A stretch of 64,000 bases of DNA from assembly GCA_905171695.1 (NCBI GenBank), contig LR991653.1:26258-90257 (forward strand), in the 5' to 3' direction. Below, one piece after another: positions 48,250-58,125 of this stretch. Made by a program: the position numbers and the translations under genes. The stretch is from Candidatus Methanoperedenaceae archaeon GB37 (GTDB lineage: Archaea > Halobacteriota > Methanosarcinia > Methanosarcinales > EX4572-44). Position 1 is the stretch's first letter. Every line of letters starts with the position of its first letter. Under the pieces are notes generated by a model that made no database searches, was not told the DNA's origin, and saw nothing but the letters and a program-made list of their open reading frames with translations.

Positions 48250-48557
48250 GAACCATCCCAGTGGTCATTTAATTTTACAGATAAACTGGAAAAAAAGAGA
48301 CCCTATCTGTAATGTTTCTCTACATTCCCGCAACAACTGGTCTGAATACATCCCAATCAATCAGAGTGAATCTATTTCTACAAGCCTATCACCAATTTTT
48401 TTCACCTTTTTCATATTCTTCATTCAACGAATAATAGATTAAAGACTTCATACACATTTTATGCTGAAAAATGGGTCAATAAAAGTTTCTGTTTTGGTTA
48501 AAAAGATGTTTGTTAATTTAATGAGGTCTGGAGGTAAGTGGGCTTTTCAAAGTTCTC
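48250..48557 (-). mobile_element. Terminal ~300 bp of the IS5-like element (third copy of this end)
   Basis: It is near-identical to 38640-38929 and ends ...gaggtctggaggtaagtgggcttttcaaagttctc. Confidence 0.7.
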
Positions 48558-48689
48558 TTGATTTTAGTGAGATGATCAAGAGTTGTGAAGGAGTAGCATT
48601 GGATCTATTTGATGAGAGGAAGCAGGGTTATTCGAGGTATTGGATGGAAGAGTTCATTAGTGCGGAAAATTAAAAGAATGATTATATAC
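48558..48689 (+). mobile_element. 3' end of the IS630-family type B element
   Basis: It encodes ...DFSEMIKSCEGVALDLFDERKQGYSRYWMEEFISAEN* and matches 55975-56105. Confidence 0.65.
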
Positions 48690-48798
48690 TCTCGTGAGAT
48701 CCGCGCCGTCGTCGCCATCCACTCCCAATGTTGCACCCCCCGCAGCGCCAGCGCGCATGCAGGCAGCAATTGTATGGTCAGCGTGGTTGTTTCAAATT

Positions 48799-49926
48799 TT
48801 ATCTTTCTATTATGGTTTCTTCTATCTCGATTCCGAAGTGTCGTGCGGTCTCTTCGTGTTGTACGAGTATTTCGTCGTCTTTTTTGAGTTGTGTTACTGG
48901 TGTGGGTGTGCCGTCTGGTTTGACGAGTTTGATTGTTTCTGCGTTCTGTAGTAGTGTTTTGATTGTTGTGTTCTTTACTTTTGCTTCGACCAGTATCAGT
49001 GGTCGTTTTTCGATCTTTACTCTTCCCACTATGGCTTTTTTCTGTTTGCCATCTTTGTCTACGATGAGTACGTCGTCTCCTGCCTTCATCTCTGAGAGGT
49101 ATCTTGTCTTCTCTCCGACTTTTACGTAGGCGTGTACTGCTCCGGCGTTGACTCTGAATGGTCGTGCTGCGACATAGGGGCTTTCTTCGCTCTCTGCGTG
49201 GACGAGGAATAGTCCGTTTGATTGGCTTCCGATGAGCATGCCTTCTCCGGGTTTCATCAGGCTGCAGGTGTCGATGCATACGCGGTCTCCCATGCCAACG
49301 GGTTTTACTCTTGTGATGGTGGCGCTTGTGAGTTTTATTGGTTTCATCTCGCTCTTCTCTCGAATCTCTGCTATCTTTTTTATCTCGCTTGGATCGTCTG
49401 TGTCGACGAGTACTCCGTCTGATCCGTGTTCCAGGGTTTCAAGGGCTAATTTTGCCTCTGTTGCATCGGTTATGCCTGCGATTATCTTGACGTCTTGGGG
49501 TTGGAGGTCTGCGATCAGGTTTTCGAGTGGTATGACTTTCCAGTCTGTGCCTATGACGATTATGTATCTGGTGTGTTGTGCCAGCTCCGATGCGAATCTT
49601 TCGTACTCTTTGTTCTGTATTACTACGTATCCTGCCACTGTCTTCCCTGCGTTTGTGAGTTTTTCTGCAGTTCTTGTGTCATCTGATGTCTCGCCGAGTG
49701 GGATGGTTCCGTCTCCTTCACTCTCTCTCCCGATGACGATTGCATCTGCGTTGCTGTACTCGCTTGTTGTGTGGGCTGCTATCTTGATCTTTCCGAGTTC
49801 TCGCACGTTCCCTATCTCGCTTTCGTTCACAAGTGCAAAGTCGTATCCTGATTCGAGTGCGGTTATGATTCTCTTCTTGTCGTTCTCCCAGATGCCGGTA
49901 TCGGCTTTTATCCAGAGTTGTTTCAC
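48799..49926 (-). CDS. aroB': 3-dehydroquinate synthase II (archaeal type)
   Basis: The 375-aa product begins [29 protein letters not shown]... and matches the archaeal DHQ synthase II pattern. It is coupled to the upstream ADH synthase gene. Confidence 0.85.
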   Translation of the reverse strand: MKQLWIKADTGIWENDKKRIITALESGYDFALVNESEIGNVRELGKIKIAAHTTSEYSNADAIVIGRESEGDGTIPLGETSDDTRTAEKLTNAGKTVAGYVVIQNKEYERFASELAQHTRYIIVIGTDWKVIPLENLIADLQPQDVKIIAGITDATEAKLALETLEHGSDGVLVDTDDPSEIKKIAEIREKSEMKPIKLTSATITRVKPVGMGDRVCIDTCSLMKPGEGMLIGSQSNGLFLVHAESEESPYVAARPFRVNAGAVHAYVKVGEKTRYLSEMKAGDDVLIVDKDGKQKKAIVGRVKIEKRPLILVEAKVKNTTIKTLLQNAETIKLVKPDGTPTPVTQLKKDDEILVQHEETARHFGIEIEETIIER

Positions 49927-50723
49927 TTCGAGAGTTCCTCCATTGCTGAGTCGACGCTTGCGCCTCCATGGACTATCCGTGTGAGGGCACGTGTCATGGC
50001 TGTGGGATTCTTGTGCTGGAAGACGTTTCGTCCGATTGCAACGCCTCTGGCACCGCCTTCCATTGCGCCTGCTGCCATCTCAAGGAATTCTCTGTCTGTG
50101 TTTGTCTTGGGACCGCCTGCTATCACCACGGGGAGGGGGCATCCTTCGACAACCTCTCTGAACGTGTCAGGGTCTCCCGTGTAGTTTGTCTTGATCAGAT
50201 CTGCTCCAAGTTCTGCACCTGCCCGTGCTGCATGAGCCACGAGTTCAGGGTCGTTTGGGTTTGTGATATTCTTGCCACGGGGATACATCATGGCGATCAG
50301 GGGCATGCCCCAGAGATCACAGCTCTCAGCGACCATTCCAAGTTTCTGGAGCTGGTCTGACTCTGTCTCTGAGCCGATATTTATGTGCACGCTCACAGCG
50401 TCGGCGCCAAGCTTTATCGCTTCTTCAACGGTGCAGACCTGAACCTTGTCATCTGGATCAGGTCCAAGGCTTGTAGAAGCGCTCATGTGAATGATCAGCC
50501 CAATATCCCGTCCATATCCTCTGTGTCCATGCTTAGCCATCCCTTTCTGCATCAGAACGGCGTTGGCACCACCGTCAGCCACTTTATTGACTGCATCTGG
50601 GAGATTGACAATACCTTCAACAGGACCTATGGATATGCCGTGATCCATCGGCACGATCACCATGTTTCTGCTATCTCTATCTATTATTCGTTCAAGTCTG
50701 ATACTCTTTCCAATCTCTGACAT
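49923..50723 (-). CDS. aroA': 2-amino-3,7-dideoxy-D-threo-hept-6-ulosonate (ADH) synthase, class I aldolase family
   Basis: This is ORF 49923..50879 trimmed to [29 protein letters not shown].... The upstream part of the ORF overlaps the tRNA gene and is not coding. Confidence 0.85.
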   Translation of the reverse strand: MSEIGKSIRLERIIDRDSRNMVIVPMDHGISIGPVEGIVNLPDAVNKVADGGANAVLMQKGMAKHGHRGYGRDIGLIIHMSASTSLGPDPDDKVQVCTVEEAIKLGADAVSVHINIGSETESDQLQKLGMVAESCDLWGMPLIAMMYPRGKNITNPNDPELVAHAARAGAELGADLIKTNYTGDPDTFREVVEGCPLPVVIAGGPKTNTDREFLEMAAGAMEGGARGVAIGRNVFQHKNPTAMTRALTRIVHGGASVDSAMEELSK

Positions 50724-50837
50724 ACAACAGACACCAATAGTGATAATGTGTACCACAGTAGCACGGTTGGTATATAAAAATATCGCCCGACTTTGGAGAG
50801 ACGCCAAAGGACGAGATGCAAAATTGTAGCATTCGTG

Positions 50838-50913
50838 TGGGGCCTGGGTCGGGGGTCGAACCCGAGTCGTGGGATCCACAGTCCCATAGGATGTCCAGCT
50901 ACCCTACCCAGGC
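50838..50913 (-). tRNA. tRNA-His (anticodon GTG) with encoded CCA; position -1 is T, not G
   Basis: Hand-folded as GCCTGGG-TA-GGGTAGCTGGACATCCTA-TGGGA-CTGTGGA-TCCCA-CGAC-TCGGG-TTCGACC-CCCGA-CCCAGGC-C-CCA. It has a 7-bp acceptor stem, a 5-bp anticodon stem, a loop CT-GTG-GA, a 4-nt variable loop, a GTTCGA T-loop and discriminator C73. Confidence 0.85.
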
Positions 50914-50954
50914 ACCTCTATGCTGGCATCCTCCTACTCAACACTCGTTTTCAG

Positions 50955-51629
50955 TCATAAAACTTTTGTTGGGTCTGTGAGACCCGCGAGATCAAAGGCG
51001 CGTTTACGGCGCACACACGACTCGCAAACCCCACACGGAAAAGGTCCTTCGTTGTAGCATGACCAGGATAACTCGAGAGGCGCGCCGATCTCAACTCCAC
51101 GCCGCACAATCTCAAACTTCTCCAGATCGCCGAGTGGTGCGTAGAGATAGAGGTGGTTCAGAGTGGCATGCTCAAGTAACTCATTGAAAGATTTGATGAA
51201 CTCTGGCGAGTTGTCAGGGAACGTCAAAGCCTCTTCACGGTTGAAGCCCGTGACTATCGCGTCATAGCTCTGATTCTCTGCAAAAGATGCTGCGATTGCG
51301 ATGAAGACAAGGTTTCTGGCAGGCACCCAGACCGCCTTCGCACTCTCACGTGTCAGCGGTTCATCGTTAAGCCTGACTGTACTCATCTCTGGCAATGAAG
51401 AGCCATCCGTGAGCGCTCCCCCAAAGCCTTTAAGCCAGGATAGCTCGATCACCCTGTGCGCAAGATCATAGTGAGATGCTATCCTCTTCGAGCACTCAAT
51501 CTCGCGCTCACGCGCCCGCTGTCCATAGTCAAACGTGAGGCAGAGGATATCATCAAACTCGTCAAGCGCCACTTTGAGCGCCACAACAGAATCCAAGCCA
51601 GAGGACAATAAAACGACCGAACCGCTCAT
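50955..51629 (-). CDS. queC: 7-cyano-7-deazaguanine synthase
   Basis: The 224-aa product has an SGGxDS-type PP-loop (LLSSGLDS) and C-terminal zinc cysteines CYNEGPFPCGVCESCVRR. Confidence 0.9.
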   Translation of the reverse strand: MSGSVVLLSSGLDSVVALKVALDEFDDILCLTFDYGQRAREREIECSKRIASHYDLAHRVIELSWLKGFGGALTDGSSLPEMSTVRLNDEPLTRESAKAVWVPARNLVFIAIAASFAENQSYDAIVTGFNREEALTFPDNSPEFIKSFNELLEHATLNHLYLYAPLGDLEKFEIVRRGVEIGAPLELSWSCYNEGPFPCGVCESCVRRKRAFDLAGLTDPTKVL

Positions 51630-51699
51630 AATTTACAGAATTTAAGTACCATACACCAATATAGGTTTTTGGACAAAATTCCTAAGTCCCTTACAAAGA

Positions 51700-52010
51700 T
51701 CACCTATGCTCTCCACTCGATGTACCTCTCGATGTACCTCTTTCGAGGATCAGCATTGGCTGAATTGCCAGAGGTGTTACCCTGAGGGTGTTACCCTTTT
51801 TCAAAAACAACTTCAACCGCTCTTCTCATATTTGGTATATCTATAGAAATACTTAGATATTTTTGGTTGAACTCTTAGCATGAATCTTGGCTTCAGAGTT
51901 ACAAGGGAGTTTGTAAAGGAATTATTGGGTGTTTTAGATGAAATAATTGAGGAAGTAAGGCAGAAGAGAGAAGTCGTTAAGAAAAGGCTGAGAAAACTTC
52001 CGCGAGAAAA
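51700..52010. mobile_element. Fragment of ISx (third copy): broken DUF2080-type gene (minus strand) and the first ~40 codons of the transposase (plus strand)
   Basis: The plus strand from 51890 reads MNLGFRVTREFVKELLGVLDEIIEEVRQKREVVKKRLRKLP. The minus strand from 51700-51855 reads MRRAVEVVFEK...GNSANADP.KRY... and carries two small tandem duplications. Confidence 0.6.
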
Positions 52011-52019
52011 ACTTCAATG

Positions 52020-52164
52020 ATCTATGTCCCGATTCCACCTTATTCTCCCGACTTAAATCCTATTGAGTTTGGTTGGAAGGATTTAAAGAGAGAGTTAAGC
52101 AATATTCTTGACTTTGATGAGATGACTGAGAGAAGTGAGAGCACAGCATTGGATTTATGGTTGA
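52020..52164 (+). mobile_element. C-terminal fragment of an IS630-family type B transposase
   Basis: It reads IYVPIPPYSPDLNPIEFGWKDLKRELSNILDFDEMTERSESTALDLWLNA*. Confidence 0.65.
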
Positions 52165-53233
52165 ATGCATAATATCTTAAACTTATCACTAAAGAACTCC
52201 TCATTCTACTTTTTTGCAAGTGTTATCGATTTTGTTATCTTTTTGAAGGTTTTAGTAATAGTTTCTTTAAGTTCTTTTATATTCAGTGGTGTTTTCTCTG
52301 AAATTGCTCTTTTAGCACTCTTCTAGACGTTTTCAATCGGATTTAGATTAGGTGAGTGAGGGGGGGATAAACCAGTGAAATGTTCGGTTTCTCGGCTTCT
52401 TTCTTTATCTTCCTGGTATGTTGTGTTCTGAGGTTGTTCGGGGTGATTACAATTCTCTTTTTTCAGGTTTTGCTTCCCTTATCTTTCTGGGAAAAGACAC
52501 GCGGAGTCTTCAGCCTTGCTGCTCTTGGGAGACTCTATTGAGCTTTCTCTGTTCAAGGTGTAGAATCCTGTAACTTTGGTTTTGATGTATGTAGCAACTC
52601 TTTTAACTGGTTTTCCGAAGCTTCACAGCCTTGCTCTGTTTGCGTTCGCTTCGACTGCCATCTTATCGATGAATCCTATTTACGTCATCCTCGATTTCAG
52701 CGTCGTCAAGGGTTTTTAAAGTGTCTTCTGCATTATCTGGCTTCCTGTAATCCTTCTGGTACGGTTTGGCGTATCTCATTCCAAACGATTTTAGAATTCT
52801 TCTGACCTGCCACGAAGAATAGCTAACTCCAAATTCTGCTTCAATGAGCTCTTGAACTTCCTTCGTTGTCCAGGAATCCTTTTTCTTGAGCATTTCTCTG
52901 AGTTCTTCCTTCTGCTCTTCTGTAAGTTTAGAGGGTCTACTTCCTCCATAGTTCGGTTTTAAGCCTTCGTAACCGCTAGAATTCCACCTTTTAAACCATG
53001 CATAGCCCGTTGCTTTAGTGACCCCAACCAGTTCAGCAACTTCCTCAACACTCATCACTCTGTAGAGATATCTTATAAAGTATAATCTTTTGAGAACTCC
53101 TGTATCCTTTTCGAGCCTCTTGATCCTTTTGTCGAGTTCTTCTGCTGGTATGCGTTTTGCAACTTCGTAGACTCGCTTTCTGCCCACATATTTTGTTGCT
53201 TTGTTTTAGTATAAATAAATTTGCTCAAGACCA
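52165..53233 (-). mobile_element. IS630-family element (type A), copy 2; only the N-terminal 174 codons are open, the rest is heavily degraded
   Basis: ORF 52663..53187 (MGRKRVYEVAKRIPAEELDKRIKRLEKDTGVLKRLYFIRYLY...) is about 85-90 percent identical by eye to copy 1. Both termini align with copy 1. Confidence 0.8.
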
Positions 53234-53359
53234 TAATTTTGGCATGATAAAAACCTTCATTTTCAAGTTCATAGATTGCTATTTTCTCCAGTTCTTCTTT
53301 TGATTCGGAAAAGAACAGATATTTTCCTGTAATTTTTGGCTTTATTTTTGCCAATCTAA

Positions 53360-53880
53360 AGAAATAATGCCAATATTCAGTATCAACTTTAATTTCTTTA
53401 CTACTTCTTTGAATGACTCTTTTCTTCTTGTTTCTTTAAATTCTCTTATAGCATCTTTTACGGATTGTATTAATTCATTCGGGATAAATGGACAATCATC
53501 AAGTCCTCTGCATAATCTTGTATCAAAAGCTCCTTCTAACGCTTGTTCTCTTAACCCTTCAAGGATTCATATCTGCACGGTGAACGTTTTCTATAAGAGA
53601 AATATATAGTTACATCGGTATCATCGGTAATATCTCTAATAATAGCTATAATAGTTTTCCATCCAAGTTTTTGACATGCTAAAAAGCGTCTTTGACCAGC
53701 AATTAATTCATAAGTACCATCACTCTTTCACCTGACAGTTATTGGATTTAGAAGCCCTTTCTCTTTTATACTGTTGCCAGATCGTCTAGACTTGCATCCT
53801 CTGTTCCTGCCGATAAATCTTTTCTTGTATTATATTCGGACAAACTTATTTTATCCATTTCTATTTCTTTCACTTCCATT
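53360..53880 (-). pseudogene. ParB/Srx-fold (ParB-like nuclease domain) gene, frameshifted
   Basis: Reverse translation gives MEVKEIEMDKISLSEYNTRKDLSAGTEDASLDDLA(frameshift)SIKEKGLLNPITVR*KSDGTYELIAGQRRFLACQKLGWKTIIAIIRDITDD...ENVHRADMNP. The motifs are those of the ParB N-terminal domain. Confidence 0.65.
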
Positions 53881-54018
53881 TTAGTCATCTCCTTCAAGTA
53901 ATTTATGAATATTCTTCTTAATTTTTTGTAAAAACTCTAAGAAAGATTTTGCTTCATCTCTAATATATTGTTCTATTTTATCATATTGTTTATTCTCATA
54001 CCACCCCTTTACCAATTT

Positions 54019-55539
54019 CCTAAATCCCCATACTTTTAGGCACCATGATACTAAACTTCTCAAAAATCTTCCTTTGCTGCTTGGTTAATTCCTGAACTAT
54101 AATCTCATCCTCATACACCTTACACTTCAGATTCCTTAAGGTGAGTAGAACCTCCTCCACAGTGTAATCTCTCCCTAATTCTCTCTTCAGCAGTGAATAA
54201 ACAACAAGTGAAGCGAACTGCAGAAACAGGTAGCCCCTCAGCGTCTCTTCCTTATGCACTCTCAGAGGAAGCAGGTTCAGATCATCCTTCGAAAAGCCAA
54301 ACAGCTTTTCTGCAATCTGTCTTGTGTAATACAAAGATATTACATTCTCTCTATCCGGTTCAGAAGAGGAAATGAGAATCATTATCCCTTTCTTCATCAA
54401 AATGTATTCCATCTCCTCTTCTTCATCCTCTTCAATCTCATCCATTACCTTAAGCAGAGTTCTTCTTATCTCTCTTCCCTTTCTTTCAGGATCAAGTACA
54501 ACATAAGCATAGACTCTTTTACCAAATAACTCAACTTCTCTTTGCTTTACAAACAGTACTCTTCTTCCATACCTTACAGCATTCCTGTAACTCTCTAACT
54601 CTCTGGATTCCTCAAGAATAGGCCTCTTGTACAGCTTCCTTAAAGCCGGCAATCTTATCAGGAACTGTATTTCCTCATTGTAAAGCTCCTTTATATTCTC
54701 TTCAGAGAAGAATCCTGCATCAAGAATGAGAAAGTATCTTGATACACCATACTTCTTTAACTCCTCCACAGTTGCCTTGAGGGTTGACACATCAACAATA
54801 TTACCTGCAATATACCTGAAAAACAAAGGAAGTGATGTACTCCTGTCAATAACAAGCAACAACTTGATTTGTTTCTCTATTTCCTCGTTATGCCATCCCC
54901 ATGATGATCTTGGAATATTTATCTGGTTTGGAAGAGCAGTTGTATCAATTACTATTCCTTCTGAGGGTGTTATCTGTTTGATGTATTCTTTGAAGAATTC
55001 CCTCTGGATGCTTTCATCACCAATCTCCTCAAGAAATTCACTTATTCTTTGTGAACTTATATCAACATCAAAGAACTTCCTGACTATGTTGCCCTCATAC
55101 CACATCCTTGCATACCTCATTGCAGATGGATAACACAATCGGTAGAAGATGAGTGCAAGAAACATCTCTTTTTTAAGGTTCTCAAAGAATGTTACTCTAT
55201 TAATGAACTGGTTGAGGAAATAAGTATCACCAAAATCTAGAATTAACTTCTCTCTCCTCTCTCTACTCTTTTTCTTGAATATTTTCTTCTCCTTGTCAAC
55301 AACAACTCCCAGATACTTTGTTTTCTGCCTCGGCTTCTTCTTTTCAGGATCCCAGTAAGATGTTACCTCGTAAGCATATTCTTTGTTCCCGAACTTCTTG
55401 TATCTGATGAAGCTCATAATGGTTAATTAGGCATTATAATATAAATATTTTCCGTAATACAATACTTGCTTTTTCCTGGAAAAAGAGAGCTTATGGGGAG
55501 AGTTTACTTTTCTAGTGCCTAATTATTTGGGAATATTGG
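54019..55539 (-). mobile_element. IS1634-like insertion sequence (1521 bp), apparently intact
   Basis: A single 465-aa ORF spans 54020..55417. The imperfect 26-bp inverted repeats are CCTAAATCCCCATACTTTTAGGCACC (54019-54044) and the reverse complement of 55514-55539, CCAATATTCCCAAATAATTAGGCACT (17 of 26 match). Confidence 0.65.
54020..55417 (-). CDS. DDE transposase, IS1634/IS4-like
   Basis: The N-terminus (MSFIRYKKFGNKEYAYEVTSYWDPEKKKPRQKTKYLGVV) matches the recalled IS1634-type pattern. It is the only uninterrupted transposase in the window. Confidence 0.6.
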   Translation of the reverse strand: MSFIRYKKFGNKEYAYEVTSYWDPEKKKPRQKTKYLGVVVDKEKKIFKKKSRERREKLILDFGDTYFLNQFINRVTFFENLKKEMFLALIFYRLCYPSAMRYARMWYEGNIVRKFFDVDISSQRISEFLEEIGDESIQREFFKEYIKQITPSEGIVIDTTALPNQINIPRSSWGWHNEEIEKQIKLLLVIDRSTSLPLFFRYIAGNIVDVSTLKATVEELKKYGVSRYFLILDAGFFSEENIKELYNEEIQFLIRLPALRKLYKRPILEESRELESYRNAVRYGRRVLFVKQREVELFGKRVYAYVVLDPERKGREIRRTLLKVMDEIEEDEEEEMEYILMKKGIMILISSSEPDRENVISLYYTRQIAEKLFGFSKDDLNLLPLRVHKEETLRGYLFLQFASLVVYSLLKRELGRDYTVEEVLLTLRNLKCKVYEDEIIVQELTKQQRKIFEKFSIMVPKSMGI

Positions 55540-56105
55540 AAATTGCTTGCAATACTGCTTTTGTATAACGGAAAGAACATATACGAAGTGTCAGAAATCA
55601 TAAGGAAATCTGAAAGAACAGTAAAGGAATGGCTGAAAAGATGGAAGAAAGAGGGTTATGAAGGAATCGTACCAGAGACAGGTAAGAAAAGCAGAAAACC
55701 AAGGATCTCCAGTGAAGAATGGGATAAGATTCTCAAGGAGATAGAAGGTAAGGCGATGACTTTAAAGGAGGTCACAGTTTAAAAGAACAAGATGTGTAGA
55801 CTATGCATACAAAACAGTCTGGACAATGCAAGGATCTATCATGCAAAAACTGTTAAGACAAGAGTAGAAGGACTCGACATCTATTTTATTTGCCTTCCAC
55901 CTTATTTTCCCGACTTAAATCCTATCGAGTTTGGCTGGAAGGATTTAAAGTGAGAATTAAGCAATATTCTTGACTTCAATGAGATGATCAAGAGAGAAGT
56001 GAAGGAGTAGCATTGGATCTATTTGATGAGAGAAAGCAGGGCTACTCAAGTTACTGGGTGAAAGAGTTCATTAGTGCAGAAAATTAAAAGAATGACTATA
56101 TATAC
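55540..56105 (+). mobile_element. IS630-family type B element, 5'-truncated and internally deleted
   Basis: ORF 55543..55782 (LLAILLLYNGKNIYEVSEIIRKSERTVKEWLKRWKKEGYEGIVPETGKKSRKPRI...) is followed by ...IYFICLPPYFPDLNPIEFGWKDLK*ELSNILDFNEMI... with stops. Confidence 0.7.
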
Positions 56106-56310
56106 CATGATTGAAGCCGGACTTTCAGCATAACAATCTCATCACAGTGAGGTCGTCTACCTCTTGGTGTATTGTCATCGTACATCTTGCCCAGAATAGG
56201 TCTGCAAGCATCCCAATCAACGGTTTTGTTAGCCATGCCAAGCCAATCACCAATATTGACAACTTTACAGTATATTTCTTCAACTGAAAAGTCTATGAGT
56301 GTTTACATGT
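56106..56310 (-). mobile_element. N-terminal fragment of another IS5-family transposase
   Basis: Reverse translation gives ...VVNIGDWLGMANKTVDWDACRPILGKMYDDNTPRGRRPHCDEIVMLKVRLQS. Confidence 0.5.
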
Positions 56311-56339
56311 TATCATATTGAATTGTGAGGGTTTAGGTT

Positions 56340-56665
56340 TGGGTTTTGCAAAGGCCTCATCTTTATTCAGGTTCAATGAAATTCTAATAATCAGCGATGG
56401 GATAGAAGCAAGAGCAGGAACAAACGTCTCCAAAAGAGAGATTTGTGCAATGAAAAACAATTAATGGAGAAAAACCAAGAAAAGGGTTAACAGAAATTGA
56501 AATTTTGTTAAAAGGGATGTGCAATAAAAAAGAGATTGTTGGATATAGTAAGAAACTTTATTGTTTTTGGAAAGGAAAAAGAAACGTAGAAGAAACTGGC
56601 AGCTTATCATCAGTACTGGGCTGTGAATAAAGCAATTGAATCAACAATAAAAGCAAAAAAGAGAA
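56340..56665 (+). pseudogene. hsdR: Fragment of a type I restriction enzyme R subunit (HsdR N-terminal region), multiply frameshifted
   Basis: Across frames it reads FNEILIISDGIEARAGTN... / ...LEILLKGMCNKKRLLDIVRNFIVFGKEKET / KKLAAYHQYWAVNKAIESTIKAKK. This matches the recalled conserved HsdR block (..SDG.EAR.G......L.D.I.NFI.F......K..A.YHQY.AV.KA). Confidence 0.6.
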
Positions 56666-57419
56666 CAAAAAAGTAGTAGATTAGCTGTAAATCCTGATAG
56701 ATAAAAGCACATACTGTTGCTGGATGGGAAATGGGAAATATTTGAGTTTGTTCTTTTTTCAGTCTCATTTTTGCAGATCGAACATTTCGTAAAATGTTCA
56801 AGTGATGTTTTTCTTTTAAAATTTTTTGATAGACATAATAAAATAATCATATAAAATAAACGTATATTTATAATATAATTTTGGAATAGTTATACTCCAA
56901 GCATATTCTATTTCACTACTAATTCGCATAGATGTCTGGTACAATAAAAATATTATTTCTATACCAAAATATTAATTTTTCTATATGAGATTGATTACAT
57001 ATAAAGTGGAACTATTGGTTTTTGCTTGGTCAATAACTTTACAGTGTATTCTATCTTAACACTTTGCATGGTGAATGGGGATTGTGTCCACAGAACGGCC
57101 TATATTCTTACACTATTTGTAACTGATTTGTGAACAAAGATTGTCCTTTGAACCAGAAAATTAGGGTGATCAATAATCTTCAGAATTTATTCATATACAA
57201 TATGTAATTTCAATCCAATATACACTCGTTGGATTATGTATGATTGATAGTAATATTTTAAGTAAGAAAATATTACCAAATTTCGCTTAAAGTTTTGTCG
57301 CAAAAAATGAAAATAAAAAATGATATTTTATACAAATTAAAATATATATAAATTAAATTATTATAATTATTAAATTTATATATTTATTAATTTTATTTTT
57401 TTGAGAGTTTCGTGCATAA

Positions 57420-58125
57420 GAGAATTTTGAAAAACTTTTCCGTCTTTCATCTTTACAATACCAGCAAACAGACCAAAGATCTTCCTGAGCAAAACATAGA
57501 CATTTATTAACCCCTTTTTTTACTTAACATAAAACAGGTATGAAGTCTCTATTTGACTATTTTTGAAAAAAAAGATTATGAAAAGGGTGAAAAAGGCTGG
57601 TAATAAGCTTGCAGAAATAGATTCACTCTTTCAGGCCAATTGTTGCGGGAATGTATAAAACTGTACAGAAACAACATAGAAAGAGAGGACGGCAAAAAAT
57701 AGATGAAGTTCTTATAATAATATTATGTCCTAGTTTTAGAGCAATGGTATGGTCTGTCTGATCCAGAACTCGAAATGAGAGATTGCTGGCAGGATTTCTT
57801 TTCCGCAAATTCCCTGGTTTGTTAGTCAGCAAAGCTGATAACCCTGTCAACGGAGTTGACTAAGTCCTGAAAAGATTCCAGATTATTCAACCTTCAACCG
57901 TATGGAAGTTCAGTGAAAGAATGATCAGAACGGGAAAAGACAAAGAAATATGGAGGGAATTGCATAGAAAACTCAAAGATAGAGGCTTAAGAGTAAATTA
58001 AGAGTAAAAAAGGAACGTGACAAGGAAAAAGAGCAAATCTTGTTTTGGTTTCAAGCTTCACACCAGAGTAGACATCAATCATGGACTCATGGACCCCCAC
58101 CTCCGTTCACGATTATAGTCTAAGA
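57420..58125 (+). mobile_element. 5' ~0.7 kb of an IS5-like element (variant), degraded and truncated by ISx copy 2
   Basis: It starts gagaattttgaaaaac. Reading fragments are ...WYGLSDPELE..., ...IPDYSTFNRMEVQ*KNDQNGKRQRNMEG..., ...CFGFKLHTRVDINHGL... and TSVHD. Confidence 0.6.

Noticed and set aside
56666-57419. A replication origin call for the extremely AT-rich tract.
   Set aside because: I could find no repeated ORB or mini-ORB boxes, and no adjacent orc1/cdc6 gene. The tract sits inside an IS-riddled foreign island. It is kept only as a low-interest observation.
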